In this document: positions 53,397 to 63,361 of the stretch, piece after piece | Position numbering within the stretch: position 1 is the stretch's first letter | Layout of the letters: each line of letters begins with the position of its first letter | Assembly (NCBI GenBank): GCA_963833125.1 | Contig: CAWHWX010000005.1 | Coordinates: forward strand, 1-64,000 | Direction: 5' to 3' | Origin: Candidatus Bathyarchaeota archaeon | GTDB lineage: Archaea; Thermoproteota; Bathyarchaeia; 40CM-2-53-6 | DNA length: 64,000 nt | Made by a program: the position numbers and the translations under genes | The notes under the pieces: generated by a model | The model's database searches: none | What the model was told of the DNA's origin: nothing | Seen by the model: the letters and a program-made list of their open reading frames with translations, nothing else

Positions 53397-54185
53397 TCAA
53401 ACGGTTGCAGCAGCCTCCTGCTCGATCCACGAGTACCCTTTCTCTTCAAGCAACTTCGCCAGCTCGGGTCCTCCAGACCTGAATATTCGACCATTCACCA
53501 TCACATGCACGAATTGCGGCCTAATATAATCAAGAATCCGTTGATAATGAGTGATCAGCAGAACGCCCATCTGTGGGCCAGCCATTCGAGCAACAACCTC
53601 CGCAACCTTCCTCACAGCGTCAATATCCAAACCCGAATCTGTCTCATCCATAATGGCTATCGCAGGTTGAAGAATTGCCATTTGAAGAACTTCAGCCCGC
53701 TTCTTTTCGCCCCCAGAGAATCCTTCGTTCAAATAGCGTTTCGAAAATGCAGGGTCCATATCGACCTCTTTCATTTTCTCCTCAAGCTTTTTCTTGAATG
53801 CAAGAGCCGAGATCATTTCCCCGCCGACACCTTTTGTGTCGCTCTTCGCCTCACCCTTTAGAGATCTGTAGGCAGAGCGAAGGAATTGTGCGAGCGGAAC
53901 ACCGGAAATTTCGAGGGGGTATTGGAACGCTAGGAAAAGGCCTCGCTTCGCGCGTTGGTCTGGCGCCATGCTTACGATGCTTTCGCCGTTGACCAAGATG
54001 TCGCCGCTATCGACTTTGTATTTTGGATGGCCCATCAGCGTGTTTGCTAATGTGCTCTTTCCTGAACCGTTCGGGCCCATGATCGCGTGAATTTCACCTT
54101 GAACAACCTTCAGATCAACCCCTTTCAGAATCTGTTTACCTTCGATACTAACGTGAAGATCTTTGATTTCGAGTGTGGTCGGCAT
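53397..54185 (-). CDS. sufC: Fe-S assembly ATPase SufC
   Basis: GPNGSGKST, NEGFSGGEKKR, DETDSGLD. Confidence 0.97.
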   Translation of the reverse strand: MPTTLEIKDLHVSIEGKQILKGVDLKVVQGEIHAIMGPNGSGKSTLANTLMGHPKYKVDSGDILVNGESIVSMAPDQRAKRGLFLAFQYPLEISGVPLAQFLRSAYRSLKGEAKSDTKGVGGEMISALAFKKKLEEKMKEVDMDPAFSKRYLNEGFSGGEKKRAEVLQMAILQPAIAIMDETDSGLDIDAVRKVAEVVARMAGPQMGVLLITHYQRILDYIRPQFVHVMVNGRIFRSGGPELAKLLEEKGYSWIEQEAAATV

Positions 54186-54239
54186 ACAATTTCATCTGTA
54201 AGAGTTTTGTTCGGGTAGAGGGAAATTGGCGCTATTAAA

Positions 54240-54255
54240 TATGACGTACGTTATG
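54240..54255. promoter_or_regulatory. TATGAC-N4-GTTAT operator, copy upstream of sufC
   Basis: TATGACGTACGTTATG next to a TTTAATA TATA-like box on the minus strand. Confidence 0.65.
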
Positions 54256-54427
54256 AAAAGTTCAGAACCCAACTGGTAACGGGGCGGACTTTCGATAAGG
54301 GCCGCGCTTCCGCTTCCGAGACTTCGTCCTCTTCTCAATGTTACGCTGAATATGATCAGTGACGTCCGACATAGTTTCGCACAACACCACTCGACGTAAA
54401 TGGCGAACTTAATCCTAAGAGTTGTTA

Positions 54428-54904
54428 CTAGGTTTTAGGTTGCTTCTCAACAGGTTCGTAAGTCACACCCATGCTCCCTTTGTTTCCATGAAATACTGAT
54501 CGATAGTTGCCAACGTTGGTTGGTACCTTAGAAAGGCGCTCAGGGCTCCAAACTAGAAGCTCCCGATCATACTCCGCAAGTTCGTAATCTGGTGAGTAAT
54601 CCAGTGCTCCCGTCGGACAGTAGTCTGTGCAGAAATGGCAAAAACAGCATCGCGCATACCAATACTGAGGGAATCGGTTTTCAGGGTTCTGCGGGTGTTC
54701 CTTCCCGTCGGCAGCTTGCACGAACGATATGCATCTCTCGGGACAGATCCACGCACAAATTCCGCATCCAGTGCACTTGTCCATGTAGAGGATGTGTCTC
54801 CCCCTGAACCCTTTGGGTAGCAGAACTTTCTGGTAGGGATACTTCAAGGTGAAAGTTCGTTTGAAGATATGCTTGATTCCTTCATACATCGCCCCAAAAA
54901 CCAT
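54428..54904 (-). CDS. nuoI: NuoI-like 2x[4Fe-4S] subunit
   Basis: TLKYP, FRGRH, CTGCGICAWICP, CCFCHFCTDYCP. Confidence 0.9.
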   Translation of the reverse strand: MVFGAMYEGIKHIFKRTFTLKYPYQKVLLPKGFRGRHILYMDKCTGCGICAWICPERCISFVQAADGKEHPQNPENRFPQYWYARCCFCHFCTDYCPTGALDYSPDYELAEYDRELLVWSPERLSKVPTNVGNYRSVFHGNKGSMGVTYEPVEKQPKT

Positions 54905-54916
54905 GAGAAATCCTCC

Positions 54917-56066
54917 TTACCTGTCTGCCTCTACTGGCCAATAGTCTAGGCTGCCGTAAATGATGGGCATGTCTGCGACGTGCACGTTTCGAAGTAAGTA
55001 GGGCAGTGCTATGAGGCTTCGGAATGAGCCGTTCATTATTTTCACTCGGCTCGGTTTGTCGCTGTTGTCGCCCTTCACCAAGTACGTTAATTCACCTCGG
55101 GAGGATTCAACGCGGCCGATCGCTTCACCTTCCGGTATGATCAGTGGAGCTTTTCGAGCGATTGGTCCCTTGGGCATTTTCTCGAGTGCTTGGCGAATTA
55201 TTCTGATGCTCTGTTTCATCTCTTCGAACCGGACTAGGAAGCGTGCGTAGGAGTCGCCTTCCTCAAAGGTTGGGACCTCAAAATCTAAGTCAGCATAAGC
55301 GCCGTATGGTTCTACCTTGCGGACATCGTACTTGACTCCCGACCCTCGCAGAACCGGCCCTGTAAGGCCAAGTCTTATCGCTTCTTCACGTTTGAGTGTG
55401 CCTATGCCTTTGGCGCGGGCGATGACGAGTGGGTTGCTGAAGAATATGCGATCATATTCGCCAAGTCTCCTTTCGAAATAGTCGAGCAATTTGAGGAGGC
55501 GGTCTTGGAATTCAGCGGGAAGGTCACGCCTCGGCCCTCCAGGTGGAAGGAACGAGTAGGTTAACCGGGCACCGAGTTAACATCTCAGCCAACTCGATGA
55601 ACAGATCGCGATCTCCGAAAGCGTACATGAAGATCGTGGTGTGGCCTGAGAATACGCCGGCATTGATCGCCAGCCAATATAGGTGGCTCATTATACGGTT
55701 CATTTCGGCTGCTATCGTCGAGATGTATAGTCCTCTCGGAGGAACAACCACACCTTGCAATTCTTCGATCGGAAGAACGTAGCCCCAATTGAGGTGGATG
55801 GCATCGATGATACATGGCCTCTCTAGGTGTGGAATGTTGCTTACTGCGGTTCGGTATTCAGCGATTTTTTCGCAGCCGCGGTGGACATATCCGATATCTG
55901 GATCGACGTTGACTATGTAATCGCCGTCAACGCGGATGAGCATTCGTAGGTGGCCTGAACCCGGGTGTTGCGGTCCAACTGACACGTCCAGCGTTGATGG
56001 TTCTTTCGCGGCTGTAATTGTGATGGGTGGTGCTGGTGGTTTCGTTTGGTCTGGGTTCGTTGTCAT
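54917..56066 (-). CDS. nuoD: NuoD-like subunit (frameshift near 55570)
   Basis: GPQHPGSG, GYVHRGCEK, GPVLRGSG, ESSRGEL, C-terminal EADR. Confidence 0.9.
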
Positions 56067-56556
56067 CGTTGGCCCATCTCTGGGAATTTGATGTCTTTTA
56101 GCATCGGCGGCGGTCCGTCCCAGTTATCTAAAGTCAAGAGTTTCCTAAGGTCTGGGTGTCCTTCGAACTTGACGCCAAACATTTCGAATGTTTCGCGTTC
56201 GTGAAAATGAGCGCTCTCCCATACAGTAACGGCTGAGGCGATTGTTGGGTTGTCGCGAGGTAATTCTGCTTGTAGAACACGATTAGATCTTCGATTTCTG
56301 GTTTTGAGAGGGAGCCGGTGAAGTAGAGGACCTCTATCTTCTTGTGGGTTAGGTCGTCGACGCCAGCCACTCCCTTGACGTGATCGAAACCTAGTTCGTC
56401 GCGCATGAATTGTGCGATGTCAAGCAGCTTATCCTTATCGAAAGGGATTGTTATGCGATGTTTCCCTTCGATCTTCGAACCCTTGATGGCTTCGGGGAAA
56501 CGGGTTTTCAGTTTGTTCACTAGGTCTTCTTCTCTAGTGGGGCTTTGGGTAGCCAC
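56063..56556 (-). CDS. nuoC: NuoC-like subunit (frameshift near 56275)
   Basis: GFDHVKGVAGVD, HERETFEMFGVKFEGHPDLRKLL. Confidence 0.88.
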
Positions 56557-57074
56557 TAGGCGAATACCTCTTCTCTACGTATTTTTTCTCGGAGCTTCAC
56601 AATTGCGCTAAGGAGCGCTTCGGGTCTCGGGGGGCATCCTGGGATGTATACGTCTACGGGAAAGAGCTTGTGAACGTCGTTTACTATGCTGTACGAGTCA
56701 TGAAACAGCCCGCCCGAACATGCGCAGTCGCCCATTGCTACTACGTAACGTGGCTTCGCCATCTGCTCGTAAACGATCTTCAATCGCTTGGCCATTTTCT
56801 TGGTGACCGTACCTTCGACGATCAGAAGATCGCACTGTCTTAGTCCTCCGGCTACTGCTTGCAGTCCGAATCTTTCAGGGTCCAGGCGTGGGCCCATCAT
56901 GGCGCCGAACTCAGCGCTGCAACATGCGGTTGTGATGTGAACGGGCCATAGAGCGTACATGCGGCTCCAGTTGATCAGATACTTGACAGGGCCAGAGCCA
57001 GTTATTGTTCTTACGACTTCGCTGATCTTTCCTATCCAGACCCCAGCGAAGTCCTGGAGTGTTTCCTGGCTCAT
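56556..57074 (-). CDS. nuoB: NuoB-like subunit
   Basis: TACCSAE, MGDCACSGG, PVDVYIPGCPPRPE. Confidence 0.93.
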   Translation of the reverse strand: MSQETLQDFAGVWIGKISEVVRTITGSGPVKYLINWSRMYALWPVHITTACCSAEFGAMMGPRLDPERFGLQAVAGGLRQCDLLIVEGTVTKKMAKRLKIVYEQMAKPRYVVAMGDCACSGGLFHDSYSIVNDVHKLFPVDVYIPGCPPRPEALLSAIVKLREKIRREEVFA

Positions 57075-57177
57075 TCTTGCCCGTCCCTTAGGTTAAGCAC
57101 ACGGGTGCGAACACTATTGAAAAACTTTGTCAGGTGAATGGGGCATGTCGTATCAATGACAGACATGAGAGCACAGG

Positions 57178-57639
57178 CTAGGTTGCCAGTTCCTTTAGAG
57201 CCGACACTACTTCCTCGGTGTGCTTTGTCACGTCCACTGTCGGAAATATCTTCGCCACTTTCCCTGACTTGTTGATGATGAATGTTACGCGGCTGGCGGA
57301 TGTTCCAGTGTCCTTTAGGACACCATACGCATTCGCTATCTTCTTCTCTTTGTCGCTGATGAGTGGAAACGGTAGCCCATATTTTGACGCGAACTTACTG
57401 TGAGACTGGATACTGTCTAAGCTCACTCCAATAATTTCAGCGCCCATGTCTCTTATCGGTTGCAGGTTGTCCCTGAAGCTGCAAGCTTCCTTTGTGCACC
57501 CCGGTGTGTCATCCTTTGGGTAGAAGTAGAGTACTACATTCTTCTTTCCTACAAAGTCCTTCAGCCCCAGTCTACTTCCATCTGAGGTTGGACCTTCAAA
57601 ATCCGGGGCTGGGTCTCCCGCTTTCACTTTTATTGGCAT
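57178..57639 (-). CDS. bcp: Peroxiredoxin Bcp/PrxQ
   Basis: YFYPKDDTPGCTKEACSFRD. Confidence 0.95.
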   Translation of the reverse strand: MPIKVKAGDPAPDFEGPTSDGSRLGLKDFVGKKNVVLYFYPKDDTPGCTKEACSFRDNLQPIRDMGAEIIGVSLDSIQSHSKFASKYGLPFPLISDKEKKIANAYGVLKDTGTSASRVTFIINKSGKVAKIFPTVDVTKHTEEVVSALKELAT

Positions 57640-57682
57640 TAATTAAAACACGACTTTTGCGTAATCGCGTTGATGGTCTAGA

Positions 57683-58067
57683 TCACTGTTCGCATACGTG
57701 ACAGGAGTTTACGTCCATGGTGGGTTCAAGTTTCTTGTGAAGGTCGCACATGTACCGATTTCTGCGAACATAATCGCATGCTGATTCGATCTTGCTCATA
57801 ACCTCAATCTGAGGAACCTTTCTCGAGGATACAAGTTCTGCGATCTCTCCTGTTGCTCGGTCAATCTCCTTTATTCCGTTGAGCTTGATCGCTGCGCCGA
57901 CGTTTTTCGTGAAGGTATTTGCTGACGGCTGGCTGCGTTACTCCGAGAAGTTTCGCTGCCTCCTGTTGCGTTAACCCGTGCTCCTCGACGAGGCGCTTAA
58001 CAACCAACGCCCTGATCGCAGGGATGACGGATTTCGAAGCTAACTCTTCAGGGAGAATCATAGGCAT
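57683..58067 (-). CDS. COG2522-like HTH regulator with Cys/His-rich C-terminus (frameshift near 57900)
   Basis: VIPAIRALVVKRL...GLTQQEAAKLLGVTQPAVSKYL; after the shift CDYVRRNRYMCDLHKKLEPTMDVNSCHVCEQ. Confidence 0.8.
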
Positions 58068-58089
58068 AGGAGATTTCCACGACTCCGAG

Positions 58090-58105
58090 TATGACAGAGG
58101 TTATA
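58090..58105. promoter_or_regulatory. TATGAC-N4-GTTAT operator, copy upstream of the HTH regulator
   Basis: TATGACAGAGGTTATA overlapping the minus-strand TTTATATA box. Confidence 0.65.
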
Positions 58106-58131
58106 TAAACGTGCTAGGTCGACTTTCCAAT

Positions 58132-59608
58132 CTACAGTCTTTCCTGCGATTCGCTAGGTAGCAGAATATCGTGGGGTCCGGCTTCTTGCGCACCTGAAGG
58201 GCTCAGCGCCGCTAACTTTGCTTTGCTCCAAAGTTCCTCAATATTTCGTGCGCCTGCATATCCCATCGACGCGCGGAGACCCGAAGTTAATTCATCGAGG
58301 GCGATTGTAACTTCGCCCTTGTACGGCACCCAACCCTCGACTCCTTCTGGGACACCTTTGGATGGCATGCTGTAGCGGTCGAGCGAGTACCTCTTTGCAC
58401 GTGCTGTGGGGCTGCCCATCCCTCGATATTGCTTGTAGTATCGGCCTCCAATTGTAATGAGGTTTCCAGGAGATTCCTTACACCGGGCAAAGAGGTTTCC
58501 GATCATGGCTGCAGATGCTCCGGCGGTCAGAGCGATCGCTACATCTCCTGGAGTTCGGATGCCTCCATCAGCGATTATCGGAATCTTCGCTGCATATTTC
58601 GCCACCGCGTCTGAAACTTGTGCCGTTGCGAAGAGGGTTGGTGATCCTGCTTTTGTTACCTCTGCGGTCGTGCAGATCGATCCTGATCCAATACCGACCC
58701 TGAAACCGCTTATCCCCTTCCAATTCAGTGATAGCGTCCTCAGCCGCTTCGAAAGTTCCTATATTCCCAACAACGACCTCGGCGGAAACATCAGCCATGA
58801 TTTTCTTCGTGGCTCTAAAGACGTTTTCATTGTGGAAATGTGAAACGTCCGTGACTAGAATGTCAGCGTATTCATCGAGTTTCTTCGCTCTATCGAGGTC
58901 GAAGGGCGACACGGCTGCAGCGCATAACAGATGGCCGGTCTCGTCGCGGGCCGCGTCAGGGTATTTCCCCCTCAATAGGATGTCCTTGAAGGTCATTAGG
59001 CCTGAGAGTTCTCCGACCTCGTTAACGATTGGGAGTTTCTCGATCTTGTGGTCGTGAAGCAGACGTTGGGCCTCCTCCAACGTCGTTCCTTCTTCGGCTT
59101 TTACGACCTCCTTAGTCATAACCTGCTTCACAAGAAGGGTTGGTTGTGAAAATCGAAGGTCGCGGCCAGTCACTATGCCGACGAGCTTTGTCCCATCCAC
59201 CACAGGGAAGCCCGATATGTTATGTTGTTCCATGAGCGCTAACGTTTGCCCAACTGTGTCGGTAGGCGTGACCGTGATCACGTCGCGTATTATGACAGCC
59301 TCCGCTCTTTTGACTCGCTTTACCATCTCCACCTGCTCTTCTGTAGAGCAGTTTCTGTGAACAACGCCGAGCCCGCCTTGTCGCGCAATCGCGATGGCCA
59401 TGTCACTTTCCGTGACCGTATCCATCGGTGACGATACAAACGGAATGTTGAGCGCATGTCTCTTTGTTACGCGGGTGTGCACGTCGACTTCGCTTGGTTC
59501 AACTTCGGCTCTTCCTGGAAGGATCACAACGTCGCGAAATGTTAATGCAACTTGTATATCCTTGAACTTCGCTAGAAACGATTGTCTCGAGGTTTCCTCG
59601 GCTTTCAA
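58132..59608 (-). CDS. guaB: IMP dehydrogenase with CBS pair (frameshift near 58715)
   Basis: ALTFRDV, SSPMDTVTE, VGIGSGSICTT, IIADGGI, YRGMGS, PEGVEG. Confidence 0.95.
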
Positions 59609-59674
59609 GGGTTTGACTCTCTATTGGTGCAATTATGATGGTTCGGAATTTAAGCTATAATTGCCTAACGAAAC

Positions 59675-60418
59675 CTAGAATTCAATTCGGGCCAAATCTG
59701 TTGCGAGCGTCACGTCACTTCCATACGCTTTGGTTGCTTCACGAAGGAATTCTTCCTCCCTATGATCATTGGGGGGTGGGATGTGGAACAACGCTAAGCG
59801 TTTCGCTTTCGCTTCTCTTCCACTGCTTCCAGCCATGCGAGCCGTGGAATGCTTGGTTAACTCCGCGATCGGGGCCTGGTCCTCGAGGAATGTCGCTTCA
59901 TGGATTAGCAAGTCGACGTCCTGCGCCAATTCTATGAGCGTAGGGGAATAGATTGTGTCGGCGCCGTAGCAGATCGATTTTCCGCCTGAATCAAGCCTGA
60001 ATGCCAAGGTTGGAATGCTGTGGTCTGTTTGGCAGGTTTGAATGCTGCCCTCCGTGTCCCCGAATTGCATCTCGGTAATCGTCAGCGGGAACGTGAAGAA
60101 GTTGTCCGGCGTATTCGTGCATTCTCGCAGCTTCTGGAAGATCACTTTGAATCCCGGTGGTCCAATGATACGTAGTGGGTTCTTGCGTCCGTCGATCTGA
60201 ATCGCCCATAGGAACGGGATTAGATCGGATACGTGATCCGCGTGGCAGTGGGAGATGAAGACCGATGACAAACGCTCCGTCTCAATCCGCGATCGGCGTA
60301 TGTTTCCAAGCGATCCTGGCCCAAGATCGAAAACAATTGATTCATCCACCAGCATAGAAGGGCAGGCTCGCTTTGCACTCACGGCTGACCCTCCTGAACC
60401 TAGAAAGGTGAGTTTCAA
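59675..60418 (-). CDS. RNase Z-like metallo-beta-lactamase hydrolase
   Basis: FLGSGG, SHCHADH, DHSIP, ADT, HEAT, HST. Confidence 0.88.
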   Translation of the reverse strand: MKLTFLGSGGSAVSAKRACPSMLVDESIVFDLGPGSLGNIRRSRIETERLSSVFISHCHADHVSDLIPFLWAIQIDGRKNPLRIIGPPGFKVIFQKLRECTNTPDNFFTFPLTITEMQFGDTEGSIQTCQTDHSIPTLAFRLDSGGKSICYGADTIYSPTLIELAQDVDLLIHEATFLEDQAPIAELTKHSTARMAGSSGREAKAKRLALFHIPPPNDHREEEFLREATKAYGSDVTLATDLARIEF

Positions 60419-60426
60419 CTAGAGAT

Positions 60427-60507
60427 CTACCGTTTTCGCTTTGAACGCTTTCTTGTTTTGCGGTTGGTTGGCGGGGAATCGATCGGTGCAACTACTTCAT
60501 CGCTCAT
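60427..60507 (-). CDS. Putative 26-aa basic peptide
   Basis: MSDEVVAPIDSPPTNRKTRKRSKRKR preceded by a GGTGA SD-like sequence. Confidence 0.35.
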   Translation of the reverse strand: MSDEVVAPIDSPPTNRKTRKRSKRKR

Positions 60508-60773
60508 ATCGGTCACCTTAGTTGAGGAATCACCTCGTCCCTAAAGGTTTCTAGGGGTCGGATTCCAGTGTCCCCTGTAAAGCCCAAGAAGAAATTCTTC
60601 CACCTAAGTCTTTGAATTTTCTCAGTTGATTGGCGCAAACATTTGGGGTCCGAGGATAAACCCTCTGTCGACCAGACTTTTTCGACGTATCACGTTTGCT
60701 CTCTGAACTACGATAAGCACTTATAGCGCAAGTTCGGTTTTGACTGCATCATCATTAAGGAAAGTGCAAATCT

Positions 60774-61211
60774 ATGGGAAGCGGTGCCGGTGGCATTCTA
60801 GCTGCAAGGAAGGCAAAGAAGGATCGGCGTCGCTTTAGATGGCACTACAGGCCTTTCAAACGTAGAATGCTTGGCCTTGACTATAAGGCGGATCCATTGC
60901 AGGGAGCGCCGCAGGGACGTGGCATCGTTCTCGAAAAAGTTGGAGTAGAGTCGCGCCAACCGAACAGCGCTGTAAGGAAAGCGGTGCGCGTTCAACTGAT
61001 CAAGAATGGTAAGGTCATTACTGCTTTCGTGCCTGGTGACGGCGCACTCAACTTTATCGACGAACATGACGAGGTTCTGATCGAAGGGATTGGCGGTGCG
61101 GAAGGCAAAGCGATGGGTGACATTCCCGGGATACGATACAAGGTCTATGCCATCAATTCCGTATCGCTAGACGCTTTGATGAAGGGTAAGAAAGAGAAAC
61201 CAAGACGTTAG
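60774..61211 (+). CDS. rps12: 30S ribosomal protein uS12 (archaeal S12/S23e type)
   Basis: [43 protein letters not shown]. Confidence 0.97.
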   Translation: MGSGAGGILAARKAKKDRRRFRWHYRPFKRRMLGLDYKADPLQGAPQGRGIVLEKVGVESRQPNSAVRKAVRVQLIKNGKVITAFVPGDGALNFIDEHDEVLIEGIGGAEGKAMGDIPGIRYKVYAINSVSLDALMKGKKEKPRR

Positions 61212-61233
61212 ACTAGTCTCGTGAAAGATTAGC

Positions 61234-62275
61234 TCACAGGTGTTTCTTCCAATTCTCGATTAGGCGCCCTAAGGATAGGGCAGATAACGCGCCAAGCAAG
61301 ATGAAACTCAACAGTACCGAAATGGCTCCGACCATAAGCAGCATTGAGATTCCCAACGTTTCTCCCAAAACTAGGACTAAAACTGCGGTAACGCACGATG
61401 CGAAGGATACCTGCAAACTTCTACGGCCTATTGCACGTTTGCCTAATTTGGAGATCTTGCAAAAGGCCGCGACAATCGGTCCCACATAGACGCTGCCAAT
61501 GCCGATCGCAGCGAATACTCCGGCCGCCGTTACGGCTAGTTCTCCATTGAATGAAAGTGTCGTGAAAATTCTATCGGAGACGTAAAGAATCCCGATTAGT
61601 GGGTACAGTAGGATTCTCGCGGCTGATCTTACCGCCGGCTTGGACGCTATGAAGGAAGCCACCTGAGGGCTGAAGCTATAGTAGAATGAGTTGAAGGCCA
61701 GCATGAAACTTCTTCCTGCGGAGGTTGTGGAGATCTTCTTGTCTCTGAGATTGCGGAGGAGTGTAACTTCAGGTGAGAGTTCCGAGCCGTATGTTGCGGT
61801 TGCGATGAAGCATTGGCTTGGTGGAGTCGTTTGTGATGTTGAGGATGACGAGGTTGTGGTCGAAGGCGTTTGATTTAGAACGTTAAACTGTGTTTGTTGC
61901 GCGGCCGTGAGATTGCCCTTATCGAGCCGTAACGTAGATGGTGTACTGGCCTGGTGGAAAGGCGTTAGATAGGACGAATTGGTTCGAATAGGATCCGGAT
62001 TGATCTGAGGAGACGAGTTGCACGTAAATGGGCGGTTCGTTTACCTCGATCGACACTGCGGCCCCTACGATTGGGTTGCTCTGGTTGTCCACAACCTTAC
62101 CGAAAATCGAAACCGTGTCGCCCGGCGCGTACTGAGTTTGATTTGTGGATACTGTAACGTTCAGTGAGCCTTGTGAGAAGACTTGTGGTGAAAGCAACAT
62201 CACAGAAAATATGATTATGACAAGTGCTCTTCTCACAGTATGCAGTGGATCCACCTTTGGAGAGCTGCACATCAA
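61234..62275 (-). CDS. Secreted Ig-like protein with CFI-box-CTERM domain (frameshift near 61920)
   Basis: Signal peptide, YAPGDTVSIFG, QCFIATATYGSELSPEV..LRNLRD, FYYSFSP, C-terminal TMs. Confidence 0.85.
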
Positions 62276-62319
62276 AGGATTAAATTTAGTTTATCCCATT
62301 GTGTGCTTCGGAACATTGC

Positions 62320-63354
62320 TCACTCGAAGAGAGCAAGTAGCTTCGTGTCTGCAAGTTCCCCGGTTGTGCCATTCACGACGGTTTCGTGTGGCACGAGTCC
62401 CTTCTGAGTTGGAACCCTGATCAAGGGCACGTATATCCGCTTTAGCTCTGTTACCTGTAGTTTGTTGCTTAGGATCTGCTTGAAGTTTTCAGGCATACGT
62501 ATTACTTGTTCTCTGAATTTCGCAAGTAACATATCCTTTGGTACTGCTGGATCGCGGATTTGCACTTTGGCTCCGCGAACTTTCATATCTTCCTCGTCGA
62601 AAATCCTCTTTGACTTCCATGAAGTCAATTCAGCTTCGTCGTCAGCAGAGACCGGGCGGCCTGCTCCGCTAATTACGAGTTCTGCTTCGGATGATTTACT
62701 GGCTAGCTCGAGGGCGTCGGTGATTACGAAGTATTTCGATTCGTTTGACAGGAATGAGCTTATTCTCTGTAGTCTATCCATTATCGCTACTGGAATGAGG
62801 CGACTATGTTTGCGTTCGAGCATTAGGTCTCGACTCTGTCCCTCCATCTCAACCGCAACAACATCATCTTTCAGGTTCACTTTGTATGAGCTGCCGCGGA
62901 TGTAGTAGCACTCATGGAAGCCCTTCACTTTCCAAATGGGAACGAATTCAACGGTCGGAGTTCCGACCAAATTGAAGTCCTCTTTTCTTTTTCTGAATGA
63001 GAGGCGTTCTCCAAGCGTTCTGTTCGAGGAGACGGCGATTTCAACCGCCCTCTTGATCGAGATTGGTTCAATTTTGAAGACTTGTTCAACGACTTGGTTA
63101 GCGTCCCATCCGTTTCCAGTCTTGAGCCCTTTGATTTCTTTCTTCTCTAGAGGGACTTCGCCTATTTGCTGCAGCCTACTGGCGAGGTATTCTTCGAGTG
63201 CAATCGTGTTCGGATCCTCAGTTGGTTTGCCGTTCTCGTTAATGTGGTCCATGTTCTTTGGCGCAGAAGTTATTGTTCCCCATCCTTCACCCTCGTGACT
63301 GCGATTAAGGTTCGAGATGATGTCGTCTAAGTTGTTGCCCTTTGAGTCTGACAT
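62320..63354 (-). CDS. Hypothetical protein
   Basis: 344-aa ORF; FVPIW...IYVP...VNGTTG pattern. Confidence 0.7.
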   Translation of the reverse strand: MSDSKGNNLDDIISNLNRSHEGEGWGTITSAPKNMDHINENGKPTEDPNTIALEEYLASRLQQIGEVPLEKKEIKGLKTGNGWDANQVVEQVFKIEPISIKRAVEIAVSSNRTLGERLSFRKRKEDFNLVGTPTVEFVPIWKVKGFHECYYIRGSSYKVNLKDDVVAVEMEGQSRDLMLERKHSRLIPVAIMDRLQRISSFLSNESKYFVITDALELASKSSEAELVISGAGRPVSADDEAELTSWKSKRIFDEEDMKVRGAKVQIRDPAVPKDMLLAKFREQVIRMPENFKQILSNKLQVTELKRIYVPLIRVPTQKGLVPHETVVNGTTGELADTKLLALFE

Positions 63355-63361
63355 GTGCGTC

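Noticed and set aside
54917-57074. Group 4 [NiFe]-hydrogenase
   Set aside because: The large subunit lacks both CxxC nickel-binding motifs, and the small subunit has the complex I CC motif.
48069-59608. Pseudogenisation or programmed frameshifting of suf, nuo and guaB genes
   Set aside because: Shifts are scattered, show no shared slippery motif, and affect unrelated genes; sequencing indels are more parsimonious.
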